A stretch of DNA of 64,000 bases from Eledone cirrhosa (GCA_964016885.1 OZ024742.1:43338001-43402000), one strand, 5' to 3'; shown: positions 37,101 to 45,859, counted from the first letter of the stretch. Numbers and translations are program-made. The notes: generated by a model not told the origin, from the letters alone.

Positions 37101-38835
37101 CCATAAAATCTGTTCTATGATTCTTTTTTTAGACATTCTAACTACATGTCCATAATACCAAAACTATAATCTCTCAATACAAAGAAATAGTAGCTCTAGG
37201 ACTCCTTAATCTCTGAGCTATGTCCTTGTTGAGTAATGTTATTTCAGAAACCCTTCAAAAGAGACCCTATTTTGGCCTCTTGTATTTGCAATGATATTCT
37301 TTCGGTCATTACCCCTTCCCCCTCATATAAATACAAGAAAAATGATGAAAATGCAATAAGAAGAGTATGAATTCCATATCTCTGTATGGTCTGTATAGGA
37401 AATAAGGTATGTGATAGGAAGGGCATCCAGCCATAGAAAACTTGTCATGGGGACTCTTCATAAACCATTTTGTTCAGTTCTCTACAGATTTTCACAATCC
37501 ATCCTGTTGGTAATGATAATTATATACCCGTGTACCCTGGTTTGAGTACAGGTACACTGTATCCTGCACGTTATAAGAGGCAATTAAAGGTTGCTTCTTA
37601 GCATGGAAAAAGTAAAAACGATGTTGATAGTTTGTGAGTAATAATATTGATAAAAACTTTTCTCTATTTACAAGGAAATGATAGAATACAAACTACACTG
37701 AAACAATAAATTTAGATAACAGAAAAATTGTTAAAGAGACAAAAACAAAATGAAAATTGAATAACAAATCATGCTAAAGAAAAAATGGAGAGAAAAATCA
37801 CTCCACAGCTAATAGTCCCTAAGGTTTGACAGAGAAGAAATAAACCATCAGCAATGAGTCAAAAGCTCTAGATTATAAGCAGAAACAGAAGGACTTATTC
37901 TTGTTGCATAGGATCAATATCTAGCCACAAACAATTACATCAAAATAATGACATTTTTTTTTTTTTTATGTCCGCTTTTCCCTGCTTGCAAAGGTGGGGT
38001 GGGAACTGATTCTGGCTTGATTTCTACAGCTGGATGCCCTTCCTAACACCAACCTCATTTACAGTGAGTGCTGGGTGCTTTTTTTTCCGTGGCGCCTACA
38101 CGTCCACTTTGCAGTGGAATGATAGGGACCTCAGTCCCTATCATCTCATTTCTACAGCTGAGTAAACTGGAGCAATGTGAAATAAAGTGTCTTGCTCAAG
38201 GAAACAACACATCACCCGGTCTGAGAATTGAACTCACAACCTTTCGATTGCAAAGGTTGAGCCACAAACAATTACATCAAAATAATTGTTTCTACTTTAG
38301 GCACAAGGCCAGCAATTACCCAGTGCATTACTGGTACTTTATTTTATCGACCCTGTAAGGATGAAAGGCAAAGTCAACCTCGGCGGGATTTGAACTCAGA
38401 TCGTAAAGGGACGTAACTATGCTGGAAAGCATGGCGTCCGACCCTCTACCGATACTGCCAATCCACAATAATGACAACATATCTTAACACCTAATGCAGT
38501 TTATGCAACCAGCATAATGAGACAATGAACTACATCATCTCTGGCTGCTCACTCTTTGCCAAGTCTGAATAGTCTGAATATATACAGATACGATTGGTGT
38601 TGACAATAGGAATCTATATTCTTCCAACATCTACAAAAATAAAAACAATACTGCACACACTCCAGGAATAGATGTGCACCAGACGATTTTGTAGAAACTT
38701 GCATGAAACTGTTAAAGAAATAATAATGATTTTATTATTTATTAATAATGATAACAATTTCTTTTATTGACCAATAATAATAATTTCTGTCTTTTTCAGC
38801 TTGCTGCTCTACGAAGCCGTATTCCAGGCATTTAG
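2481..38835 (+). CDS. CC2D1: Coiled-coil and C2 domain-containing protein 1 (CC2D1A/CC2D1B/Lgd family), 3' portion; 19 exons in window, 5' end upstream of window
   Basis: Hand-spliced exons keep one frame with AG/GT boundaries. They encode DM14 motifs (EYENAIKMYKAGKTVNFDELPTPPGFPPI; EYRQAAIQARKNQNMELAKAYLRQVKGFEPMIEAAEGGLPVDLSKVPPP), a C2 domain (LELTVVRGINY...DLDTYIKLEFPFP...DGRKSVGGRLEVKLRLRDP) and end at TAG 38833-38835. Confidence 0.93.
3680..4140 (-). mobile_element. CR1-type LINE 3' end fragment
   Basis: ORF 3928-4116 NTRGHAHKVRKQ...RKHFFTLRVAEAWSKLPASVV is a typical CR1/L2 ORF2 C-terminus; duplicated 3'UTR and (ATT)n tail. Confidence 0.8.
4220..4390 (+). CDS. CC2D1: CC2D1 exon (Pro-rich linker)
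   Basis: catag|GFPPIPLNDSKSPP...EQEIRKRA|gtaagt; phase 1-1. Confidence 0.9.
6810..6952 (+). CDS. CC2D1: CC2D1 exon (DM14 repeat)
   Basis: ttcag|ARRSISSRQEQHITFLKERMAEYRQAAIQARKNQNMELAKAYLRQVK|gtaaat. Confidence 0.9.
7898..7954 (+). CDS. CC2D1: CC2D1 exon
   Basis: tttag|GFEPMIEAAEGGLPVDLSK|gtaagt. Confidence 0.9.
8007..8345 (+). mobile_element. R4/Dong-type non-LTR remnant (restriction-like endonuclease domain), degenerate
   Basis: Frameshifted translation TDRTIKANRAD..VKDHKEKTCLLIDMSISSDHNI..KYKDLTIEIEKMW..QIPGKPSLQEIQKIMLTGT; directly preceded by (AAT)n. Confidence 0.75.
9608..9742 (+). CDS. CC2D1: CC2D1 exon
   Basis: tgtag|VPPPLITDEDREDKFMFVNPEDCTLSGDREAVFKKLQESLISQIK|gtaagt. Confidence 0.9.
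11076..11134 (+). CDS. CC2D1: CC2D1 exon
   Basis: ttcag|MCSTNNKHFTKLGDVLSAS-R|gtaagt. Confidence 0.9.
12457..12573 (+). CDS. CC2D1: CC2D1 exon
   Basis: tttag|FQTLEQSYMKDLDSLKNALHHGDPVPRFHYETTSFSMV-Q|gtaagt. Confidence 0.9.
13496..13677 (+). mobile_element. tRNA-derived SINE (5' part)
   Basis: A box TGGCTTAGTGG, B box GAGTTCAATTC, CORE-like ccttgagcaagacact; same family at 34670-35005 and 37955-38258 (-). Confidence 0.8.
14001..14074 (+). CDS. CC2D1: CC2D1 exon (C2 domain start)
   Basis: gttag|CNSDLGDNDLELTVVRGINYNPPS|gtaagt. Confidence 0.9.
14632..14687 (+). CDS. CC2D1: CC2D1 exon (C2)
   Basis: ttcag|SYSPKDLDTYIKLEFPFPT|gtaagt. Confidence 0.9.
15875..15926 (+). CDS. CC2D1: CC2D1 exon (C2)
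   Basis: ttaag|DDPQTHTCETIKNTDSP|gtaagt; precedes the 10.9-kb PLE-containing intron. Confidence 0.88.
16317..16352 (-). ncRNA. Minimal type I hammerhead ribozyme variant in PLE pLTR (copy 1)
   Basis: UCCC-CCGUUGA-U-GGGC(GUGA)GCCC-GAAA-UA-UU-GGGA on the minus strand. Confidence 0.7.
16961..19600 (-). CDS. PLE reverse transcriptase + C-terminal GIY-YIG endonuclease, 879 aa, intact
   Basis: Motifs FLKRC..NNIIP, SDKG, KTHK, IRPIVS, SLDVVSLYTSVP, QISGLPMGSSLS, RYVDD, NGYP, VVYKIQCDKC..FYIGST.R.L..RIKEH, KEAL.I....P.LN. Confidence 0.95.
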   Translation of the reverse strand: MLQANFNTLLSLHLSQDLFAPIRNLFRLSENRAKLGCQITFLKRCLKNNIIPTTIRNIHLPECLRSPSFENTIRHIQRTFIKKILRHHHHQLRLHIQTLSEHVDRIAPILTPDHQVQELHKAIDQCYHTRVKFDKQRLVRKYEWTVNKYYIDNIRSHRRTDYNHTRGNSCTTPSATPPNIDLPTNDASHLVTDLTGTLTNDELELLRLGPKFIITQRLDDRLKLDIETNFCRTAYQLKWLTAIQNNTEIDYNPTTHPTLPTYHLDNPLHPPPTNHELDTKLLRLKHSISNILSQHTHTHNKRNLTNAQFNTLTNLRSRNLVYLPSDKGKEFCVISRETYNNLALQHLNDHSLYSKVTGTSSTLIEEGINTIWTNICVQRKLPKKVKNNIMTRNSKLPTFYHLVKTHKQGPDLKIRPIVSSVEGPLYKISWLLSTLLKPILHTLPAHVCSSMEVLERLHHLAPNTRKDNGYAFSLDVVSLYTSVPASPAVDLLTERVRASNLHCFGLTHTDIHQLLSFVVDNALFNFLGHTYKQISGLPMGSSLSGILAISYMDHLERKALNTCQPNAVAFYSRYVDDILILTSSREMANEIHQIFNDTDQHIDFTIEHPGEDGSLALLDFRINISEQGDINTTFYRKAACKDLFVHYNSALPNNAKRGYVLNELTRITNRCSDPMGGLTHTTQFRNLLRSNGYPKRLINGIRDPRPSRPTPTRKLNISRCFFKIPHLSEYTTNAIRRAIRTEGLDIHLAHTGPSLRRCLSNKPYEADRTCSLSNCPIRGADCLRTHVVYKIQCDKCNKFYIGSTIRPLHVRIKEHINTNASSFRKHILKCGNPQGRPLVTVLATERSIGSLRIKEALVIKNLRPPLNNRAERNELTWLI
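19768..19803 (-). ncRNA. Minimal type I hammerhead ribozyme variant (copy 2)
   Basis: Identical to copy 1, 3451 bp away. Confidence 0.7.
20874..20909 (+). ncRNA. Minimal type I hammerhead ribozyme variant (copy 3)
   Basis: tcccccgttgatgggcgtgagcccgaaatattggga; stem I UCCC/GGGA, stem II GGGC/GCCC with GUGA loop, palindromic AAUAUU in place of stem III. Confidence 0.7.
21077..23716 (+). CDS. PLE reverse transcriptase + GIY-YIG endonuclease, 879 aa, intact
   Basis: Same motifs as the left copy; three amino-acid differences seen (N/S, V/I, H/Y). Confidence 0.95.
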   Translation: MLQANFNTLLSLHLSQDLFAPIRNLFRLSENRAKLGCQITFLKRCLKNNIIPTTIRNIHLPECLRSPSFENTIRHIQRTFIKKILRHHHHQLRLHIQTLSEHVDRIAPILTPDHQVQELHKAIDQCYHTRVKFDKQRLVRKYEWTVNKYYIDNIRSHRRTDYNHTRGSSCTTPSATPPNIDLPTNDASHLVTDLTGTLTNDELELLRLGPKFIITQRLDDRLKLDIETNFCRTAYQLKWLTAIQNNTEIDYNPTTHPTLPTYHLDNPLHPPPTNHELDTKLLRLKHSISNILSQHTHTHNKRNLTNAQFNTLTNLRSRNLVYLPSDKGKEFCVISRETYNNLALQHLNDHSLYSKVTGTSSTLIEEGINTIWTNICVQRKLPKKVKNNIMTRNSKLPTFYHLVKTHKQGPDLKIRPIVSSVEGPLYKISWLLSTLLKPILHTLPAHVCSSMEVLERLHHLAPNTRKDNGYAFSLDVVSLYTSVPASPAVDLLTERVRASNLHCFGLTHTDIHQLLSFVVDNALFNFLGHTYKQISGLPMGSSLSGILAISYMDHLERKALNTCQPNAIAFYSRYVDDILILTSSREMANEIHQIFNDTDQHIDFTIEHPGEDGSLALLDFRINISEQGDINTTFYRKAACKDLFVHYNSALPNNAKRGYVLNELTRITNRCSDPMGGLTHTTQFRNLLRSNGYPKRLINGIRDPRPSRPTPTRKLNISRCFFKIPHLSEYTTNAIRRAIRTEGLDIHLAHTGPSLRRCLSNKPYEADRTCSLSNCPIRGADCLRTYVVYKIQCDKCNKFYIGSTIRPLHVRIKEHINTNASSFRKHILKCGNPQGRPLVTVLATERSIGSLRIKEALVIKNLRPPLNNRAERNELTWLI
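23775..24075 (+). repeat. ~160-bp tandem duplication within the CA-rich part of the PLE pLTR
   Basis: acccatacgc...caacctaccacctttcacacc...ctacagcccactatctttcacac occurs twice (~23777 and ~23937); also present in the other full pLTR copies. Confidence 0.85.
24325..24360 (+). ncRNA. Minimal type I hammerhead ribozyme variant (copy 4)
   Basis: Identical to copy 3, 3451 bp downstream. Confidence 0.7.
24621..26294 (+). mobile_element. RTE-clade LINE, 5'-truncated, open RT ORF to TAA 26265, (GAT)n tail
   Basis: KAAGPSG, YRGIKL, QFGF, FVDLEKAFDRV, GVHQGSVLSP, YADD, C4HC3 finger; 7-bp TSD TGCATGG at 24614-24620 and 26295-26301. Confidence 0.92.
26836..26935 (+). CDS. CC2D1: CC2D1 exon (C2)
   Basis: cacag|EYNESIRLQINRKSRAMLRIFEKKSLKFEVYYR-R|gtatgt; phase matches the exon ending at 15926. 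Confidence 0.9.
27160..27760 (+). mobile_element. Degenerate RTE LINE 3' fragment
   Basis: VDSFCYLG...GWKEFRELLPLL, with stops and frameshifts. Confidence 0.85.
27845..27935 (+). CDS. CC2D1: CC2D1 exon (C2)
   Basis: tccag|GFLKSDKVLGTVNIKLQSLENKCTVHDSYD|gtaagt. Confidence 0.9.
28820..28899. repeat. (CTA)n/(CTG)n compound microsatellite
   Basis: Seen directly. Confidence 0.95.
29381..29509 (+). CDS. CC2D1: CC2D1 exon (C2 end)
   Basis: tttag|LMDGRKSVGGRLEVKLRLRDPIKNKQVEEIKEKLLIIDQFLRK|gtaagt. Confidence 0.92.
30591..30626 (+). CDS. CC2D1: CC2D1 micro-exon (36 nt, phase 0-0)
   Basis: Long pyrimidine tract-ttcag|KTDDSNTNAPSN|gtaagt. Confidence 0.75.
30921..31149. mobile_element. piggyBac-type MITE
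   Basis: TTAA-CCCTTTAACATTTA ... TAAATGCTAAAGGG-TTAA terminal inverted repeats with TTAA target. Confidence 0.65.
31359..31381 (+). CDS. CC2D1: CC2D1 micro-exon (23 nt, phase 0-2)
   Basis: ttcag|AAPIVIQ-K|gtaagt; needed to restore frame into the next exon. Confidence 0.8.
31436..31928. mobile_element. hAT/Charlie-like MITE remnant (interrupted)
   Basis: CAGTGATTCTCAAA ... TTTGGGAAACTCTG ends; similar termini at ~4847-5003. Confidence 0.5.
32740..33366. repeat. (GGT)-rich compound tandem repeat
   Basis: GGT/GAT/AGT units with higher-order periodicity. Confidence 0.95.
33528..33585 (+). CDS. CC2D1: CC2D1 exon (C-terminal extension)
   Basis: tccag|KGTVSMEVLKFEKQQLDKQ|gtaact. Confidence 0.85.
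33770..34187. repeat. Minisatellite, 30-33 bp unit (gtctgagtagagagacttgtagtgtggrgt)
   Basis: About 12 units seen directly. Confidence 0.9.
34598..35018. mobile_element. Tc1/mariner-type mini-MITE interrupted by a SINE
   Basis: TA-CAGGGTGTACCCCAAAAATGTATACACA ... TGTGTATACATTTTTGAGACA[SINE]CCCTG-TA. Confidence 0.7.
34670..35005 (-). mobile_element. Full-length tRNA-derived SINE with RTE-derived 3' tail
   Basis: tRNA head at 35005, RTE-like tail and (CAT)n at 34670; 8-bp TSD TTGAGACA (34662-34669, 35006-35013). Confidence 0.85.
35047..35120 (-). ncRNA. Type I hammerhead-like motif with altered core
   Basis: Minus strand: CUUCAGA-A-GGCUUG(7 nt)CAAGCC-GAAA-CCGC(8 nt)GCGG-UU-GGGUUUA. Confidence 0.5.
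35288..35417 (+). CDS. CC2D1: CC2D1 exon (C-terminal extension)
   Basis: tacag|ISHLKDNLNPSQLQALTNKSKLLQEKLLREQEHMKTGGTNYWK|gtaact. Confidence 0.85.
36735..36859 (+). CDS. CC2D1: CC2D1 exon (C-terminal extension)
   Basis: ttcag|EYVGYIEKDMKSYAVEAQVLAKRGDIQKAHIMMTKKKLVEKE|gtcagt. Confidence 0.87.
37620..38600 (+). mobile_element. R4/Dong-type non-LTR remnant, interrupted by two SINEs
   Basis: KWREKSLH, AETEGLILVA.DQYLATNNY and CSLCNQHNETMNYIISGC (CCHC knuckle) in degenerate frames. Confidence 0.7.
38800..38835 (+). CDS. CC2D1: CC2D1 terminal coding exon
   Basis: ttcag|LAALRSRIPGI-TAG; AATAAA motifs downstream near 39095, 39258 and 39909. Confidence 0.8.
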   Translation, partial: LAALRSRIPGI

Positions 38836-39561
38836 CTGTGATTTCAAACATCTGTTGTTATATAAACAGTGATAACTACATTAATAGATGACTTGCACTT
38901 TACATATATCAGCTTCTGGAGCTAGCTACTGGTGTATATACATACATATACACAATTGTGTTTGTGTGTATGAATATATGGATGTGTGCTTTTGTGTGTG
39001 TATATAAATATATATATATAACCCATGCTAGCATGGAAGATAGATGTTAATCGATGATGGTGATATATATAGATATAGATAGATGGGTATAAAAATAAAA
39101 GAAATGCACACTCAGTATGTTTTAATTTATAATTATTTGTTTGTATAAAGAGTTTGATTTGAGATTGCATTACTTAAAGTTTCACAGATATAAGAAAAAT
39201 TCACTGCTGATCATTCGGAGGCCTAATACTGTGTGAGAAAGTTTTCACAGCTTCTAAATAAAATTGATTTGCCATTGGATGGGGATTGACTGTTGAGAAA
39301 GGCTAATCCTTGTTGCCTGGTTGAGACCATGTGATGAGATCATTTGCTGCTGGCTAAATTGTTACTAACTGCTACTAAGTAGGAACTTCAGCACGATGAG
39401 TAGAAATTGTCTCTTTTATTCTTGTTTGGAATTCTGATATTCTTAAAGAGTTTCAGTAAGGTATATATAGAATAGTATTGAAGCTAATGACATACAGTGC
39501 ATTTTCTCATCTTTTTCAAATTTGAAGTAATGTAAATCTGAGTCAACCTGTTTATACAAAC

Positions 39562-39619
<58 letters not shown>

Positions 39620-40184
39620 TACATACATGTATATACATAGATCTGTAAACATGTATGTGTGTAAATATTCATGTATGTATATATACACACTTATGTATGC
39701 GTACACGTATGTATGTGTACATATAATTTATCAGCATAACTCATATAAATATCTAATTTAATATTATATATTTTCTTATTAGTTTTCTGGGGTTTTTTTA
39801 AATGAAATTATTACCATTACTATTATTTGTGCTTAATTTAACTCTGCTCTATTTGTTAAGCCCTTCTCCTATCACTCACCCACTTATTGTAGTGTAGAGT
39901 GAAGACTGAATAAAAAGAACTACCCTCTCTCCATCCTCATTAAATTAGTTTCTGTTAAAAATGAAGGGAAATACTAACAAAGAACTCAAAGAACTCAAAA
40001 ATCTCAGCTTTGCTCCCTTCATTTGATATGAATCTGGGGTTTGGAGTGGTGATTTTGAATATCTCCACATGAAGAAATATTTAATATAGATATATTTAAT
40101 CAGTTTTAGGTTGCTTTTGTTTTGTTTTTATAACTTGTGTGCTATTAATATTATCATTATTATTTTTAATTGTTATTATTATTA

Positions 40185-41030
40185 AGGCCGGTGAATTAGC
40201 AGTATCGGTAGAGAGTCGGACACCATTGCTTTCTAGCATAGTTACGTCCATTTACGGTCTGAGTTCAAATCCCACCGCGGTTTACTTTGCCTTTCATCCT
40301 TATGGGGTCGATAAAATAAAGTACCAGTAATGCACTGGGTAATTGCTGGCCTTGTGCCTAAAGTAGAAACAATTATTATTATTTTCTTGCTGAAGTCAAC
40401 TTTGCCTTTCATCCTTCTGAAGTCAGTAAAATAAAGTAACAGTCAAGTACTGGGGGGGTCAATATAATTGACTTTGCCTTCCCCTCCAAATTTAATAACA
40501 GCATGTTACATTCTGAATTCAAATCCTGGCAAGATCAACTTTGTCTTTCTTCTTCCCTGGATCAATTTAATCGACTTATCCCTCCCCCCCTCCAAGAAAA
40601 TTGCTATTGTGCCTAAATTAGCGAACTTTATTTATTATTATTATTATTATTGCAGTAACGGTACAGCGTCAGACACCATGCTTGCTTTGCAGCATAGGAG
40701 TTATGGCCCTTTGCGTTCTGAGTTCAAATCCCGACAGGTTAACTTTGCCTTTCATCCTTATGGGGTCGATAGAATAAAGCACCAGTAATGCACTGGGGTA
40801 ATTGCTGGCCTTGTGTCAAAAGTAGAAACATTATTATTATTACTATGACAGTGATGATGCTGGATTGGCAGTATCAGTAGAGTGTTGGACAAAATGCACT
40901 GTGGCATTTAGTTATGACTTTCTACATTCTGAGTTCAAATCCTGCTGAAGTCAACTTTGACTTTCATCCTTCCAGGGTTGATAAAATAAAAGTACCAGTA
41001 ATACACTGGGGTTGATTCAATCAACTGTTC
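40185..41030 (+). mobile_element. Cluster of tRNA-derived SINEs (gagttcaaatccc...actttgcctttcatcc...ggggtcgataaaataaagtaccag) with (ATT)n tails
   Basis: At least 4 related copies; same family at 38287-38466 (-), 56208-56383 and ~59930-60115. Confidence 0.8.
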
Positions 41031-41403
41031 TCCTGCTCCCTCCTTTACACCCATTCATTGTGCAAGAGTCATTATCTTCCACATTTCCAGTTCAAACTAA
41101 GTAACAGTCAGGGATGTGGGTTGACTTTGTTTCTCTAAAATTTGTGGCCTTGTGCTAAAGAAAGACATTTTTATTATTGTTATAATAATAATGATAATAC
41201 TAATAAAATAATCTCAGAACGCTAATGCAAAGTAAAGAATACTTTTTTAACTTTAAAAAACACGATTATAACAATTTTACTGAACTCATTATATTTGAGT
41301 TAATTGTGATTAAAAGATAATTTGTTGCCTAATCTGTCTTGATTTCTGACAATTTGTCTGTTTGTATTGATCTTTAGTGAATGTTTTGGTCTGTATTGAA
41401 GCA

Positions 41404-41637
41404 TTAACCCTTTTGATACCACACTGCCTGAATTCTGCCATAGTTTTATGATATGAGACTTTCTTTTTAAGATGTTTATATTTATCTAAATACATTCCAC
41501 CATAATTTTATAGAAGAACATTTGTCAAGATATGTTCCAAACAACAGCTGAATGATGAAAAAGTTAGTTATATTGCTAAATATTTTCGAAATTATTTGAA
41601 AACAATTTCATTAGAAATATGGTAACGAAAGGGTTAA
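41404..41637. mobile_element. piggyBac-type MITE
   Basis: TTAA-CCCTTTTGATACC ... GGTAACGAAAGGG-TTAA; many decayed relatives elsewhere in the window. Confidence 0.65.
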
Positions 41638-41679
41638 AATATTGAAAGATTGGCATTGAGAAGTGGATGGACAATCACT

Positions 41680-41955
41680 ACTGTGTGATAAAGTGTGGTA
41701 CAGTGTTGACTGTTGAGAAGTAGATAGACTGACTACTGTGTGATATAGTGTTGACTGTTGAGAAGTAAGTAGACAATGACTGTGTGATAAACTGTTGTAT
41801 AGTGTTGACTGTTGAGAAGTAGGTAGACAATGTGTACTGTGTGATATAGTGTTGACTGTTGAGAAGTAGGTAGACAATGTGTAGTGTGATAAAATGTGGT
41901 ATAGTGTTGGCTGTTGAGAAGACAGACAATGTGTACTGTGTGGTCTAGTGTTAAC
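41680..41955. repeat. Minisatellite, ~45-57 bp unit (agtgttgactgttgagaagtaggtagacaatg...)
   Basis: 5-6 units seen directly. Confidence 0.9.
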
Positions 41956-41999
41956 ATGCTGTCAGTGCAGCCTTCTCCTCTAATAATTCAATCATCTAC

Positions 42000-44110
42000 G
42001 TAATAGAAACTGTCAACCACTTCTATGGACCCTTCATGGGACTGGAAAACATTTATTTCACTGATGCTCTAACTACCAACTATCCCTGTGCATCTGCTAT
42101 ATATTAAGTCTACCTTTTCTAGTATTAGTATGCCTGCTATCCCACTACATCACTTGTGTACCCAAGATTTACATTGTGTACATCATATGGAATTACTACC
42201 TACACCTTTTCTACACATCAAACAATGGAATCATAGTTCTGTCTCCTTTCTTATTTACTAAAATTTTAGTTTTTCCTAAGTTTACTTTAAGCCTTTGATT
42301 CTGATTTCTGTTTTCAAAGTTGAATTTACTTCTCTAGCTCTTCACTGATTCAGCTATAGGAAGTAGATTGTCAGTGTATAGATGTTCCCATGGACATCTC
42401 TGTTATGGCTTTGAGAACTATAAGAAACAAGAGTGGGTTGAGATTGATTGCTGATGAACACCCACCTGCACATGGAGGGCTTCACTAAACTCATCCTCTC
42501 TCACTTTAATGATAGCTCCTCTGTACATGGCTTGCACTGCTCTCACAAGCCATTCTTCTACACTTAGTTTCCTTAGGGACCACCAGATCATGGTACTCTA
42601 TCAAAGGCTTTCTCCCGATATAGAGGCTTACACTTAGCTAGGAACTTCTCTTGTAGTCATCTCTCTGAAAAGAAGGCATTTGTGGTGCTCCTCCCTGGTA
42701 CAAAACCAAACGGTGTCTCATCTAATTTGACTCTTTCCCTAATTAGCTGTGCTTGATCCATCTGTTTTATGGCTCTGTAGTTGCTCCTTTCTAATGCGTC
42801 ACCTTTTCCCTTCTAATAAATAATGAATATACAGCTCCATGAATCATTTGGGATGACTCCATCATGTGTTACCAGATGGATTATGGGGGTAACTAATTCA
42901 ACTTCTACTTCCCCTGAAGATTTCGTATCTCGGGGACTATTTCTGATGGACCCATTCATACTCCACATTCTTCAACTACAATATCATTTCCATGCCTCTT
43001 TCTTTTCAGCATCATCAGTGTTATTTTGGACATTCTTTTCCTCAACAGCATGCTGATTATTTTCTGATACTCATGCAAACCTATTGCTTTCAGCTTCTTT
43101 GTATGCGAAGAATACCTATCATCTAGCTTCTTTTTTACTCCTTCTTTGCTACCCCCATTTTTTCACATTTTCCTCATATGTCTCTTGGCTTTAACAGTGC
43201 TGTTTCACCACCAGTTTCTTCTCTGTCTGGCTGGTGCTTTACTCCATCACAAGTCTCATCAGTAGCATGTAGAAACTTTCAGTTGTCTTCTATGCCATAT
43301 ATTTAACTCCTCCTCCCTCTTGTCATATGTGTCATGTAGGGTATTTCTGAACCTATATTTAACAGAGTTGTTCTTTAGCTTCCATACTCTCCTCCTTCAG
43401 ATTTTCTTATGTTTCTTGTTCTATCTTGTGTTTATTCTGATGTCACTAATGACTGACTTATGTTGTGAAGTGCATTCTTTTCTGAGGAAGAACTTAGTAT
43501 TCAAAACCATCTGCCTATTCCATTTTCTAACAACTAAAAAGTCAATCTGGTTTGTATGTTCACCTGATTGGTTTGTGATCAAGTGGCTGGCTAGATTCCT
43601 GAAGTTAGTGTTGCAAATAGTTAATTTGCATCACAGAATTTTAGTAGCCTCTTGATTCAAGCCATAACCATAGCCACCGTGTACTCCAGTGTGGTCATCA
43701 TAATAATGTCCAACATGTCCATTGAAGTCACCAGTCAGAATAATGAGGTGTCCGTCATCTATAACACAGGTTGTCTGTAGGAGTTCCTCATAGAAACAGT
43801 CCCTTCGTTCTTTACTTAAACTTGATTGTGATGCATAGGTAGAGATAATCATCAATCTATTTCCTATAACTATTCTGAGCTTCAAAATTCTGTCACTTAC
43901 TCTAACTACTCCAACTACCTTTCTATCCACTTCTCGGCTAGTGGGATCTTTACTCCAACTACCCTATTCACATTTCTTACCTAGAAAAATTTACATCCAA
44001 GCTGTTTGTCTGTGTGGAGTCTCCCTCCCATTTCACTTCTTTGACACAGCACACATTTACTACTTGTCACCTCTCAAAATCTACCTTTCAGAGTGGCCAC
44101 ATGATTAGGT
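42000..44110 (-). mobile_element. Old, heavily decayed RTE LINE (APE + RT)
   Basis: ORF 43631-43930 RVSDRILKLR...ILTGDFNGHVG; RT motifs recognisable in pieces. Confidence 0.8.
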
Positions 44111-45859
44111 TAGCCACCCAACTACTGTATATAGCACTAACATGATAACTGTTTGTCAAATAAATACAATTATCTTTAATATATACATTGTACTGGTCAC
44201 GGTTTTTGGCAATTTTTCCTAACACCAGTCACTTTACAGTATGGACTGGGTACATTATTTGTGCCACCAGCACTAGAGAGGCTGTCTAACCAGATTTATG
44301 AGTCCTCTTTATCCTGCTTTAGTTTATATTTAGTGACTGCTCTCCTAGATCCAAGTCAGCCCTGTGCAGTCTTAGTTTATTCAGAGTGACTACCCTCCTA
44401 GACAGTCTGTCTTACCATGGCTTACACATATACACACACAGATATCATCATCATCACTATCATCATTAACTTATGCTTTTTCGGCTAACAAGAGTTGGAT
44501 GGATCTACAAAGATCAATTCAGAACTGAAGCAGGGCTACTGACCTCCCAGACAGGCCAAGGGGTTACCATCCTGCTTATGTACGATCATATTGAGAATAG
44601 AGGAGTTGTATCCTTTGACACAACAGAGGGTCCCCTCAACCCCTTGTCTGGCAAGCTTTTCACAGCTGGATGCCCTTCCTAATACTAATCACTTCGCAGC
44701 ATGTACTGGGAGATTTTATTGTGTAGATTACCAACACTAGGGAAGATGTCTTGTCCTTGACATAACTAAAGGGTCCTCCCAACCCTTTGTTTGGCAAGCT
44801 TTCTATGGCTGGATACTCCTCCTATCACCAACCACTTATCATGTAGATCACCAACACTAGAGAGGTTGTTGTGTCTTTGACACAGCTAAAGGGTCTGCTC
44901 AAACCTCTCAGGCATGGTTTCTACAGCGAGGTGCCCTTCCTATTGCCAACCACCCTTACAGAGTGTACTAGGTGCATTTTCATATAACCATCACCAGAGG
45001 GATTGTTGGTCATAGACCCACCTGTAGAGTTCTTTCAGCTCAGGGGAGAGAGATTAGTATGAAGTTATAGATGTATGTGGGTATTTGGCAAGGCAATGAG
45101 TATTGGGTAGAGGTGGTGTGATGGAGAGATATGTATTCTCGGGTCTCGAATAATCGCCCCCTCCCACTTATTAATTTTTCAGATCCTCCCACTCCACTCT
45201 TATTCCACCCCACCCCTGCTAAGCTATCTCCAGCAAGATTTTATTTTAAGTGGTAGCAATCCTGCAACAATTTTCTTTATACATTAAAAAACATTATACA
45301 TGACAAAAAAAGTACATTACTAGAAATCTCATACATTATAAACTAAATAGGATGAGTTGGGGTCTCAATGTGTAAACTAAACAACTAATTCTGGTTTTTA
45401 TAAAAAAATCAATAGAGACAACCTAGAAAAATTACCCCTCCCCCCACCCCTGACTCGCTTATTCCAACTCCTCCTCCTCCTACTTATTCCAGCCCCCCCC
45501 CCCCCCCCACTGATTCCAAAGCCTTCTTTATTTGAAATCCAAGAACAGTTGTGGTAAGGGATGAGTAAGGTATAGGGTAGTTAATGTAGTAGTGTGGGGG
45601 ATGCAGTTGATAGAGGGTGGGTTGTGGTACAGTGGGAAATGAGAGGGTAAAGAGTAATTGTAGGGGGCTGAACATAAAGTAGAGAGAATAGCTCCTAGAG
45701 TGCAATGGTGAGGACAGGAGGTGGGAGGGGCTCATTGATGGGTCAGATCATATTGTATGTTTGTGCCCAGGTTTTTATCACCCCAGCATAGCAGCATATG
45801 CATATACAAACATGTATACATATACACACAACACTTAAGTGAAGAGAATTTACAATTGG

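Noticed and set aside
41680-41955. Repeat array superficially resembling CRISPR repeat-spacer structure
   Set aside because: Eukaryotic context, spacers are related to each other, no cas genes; it is a minisatellite.
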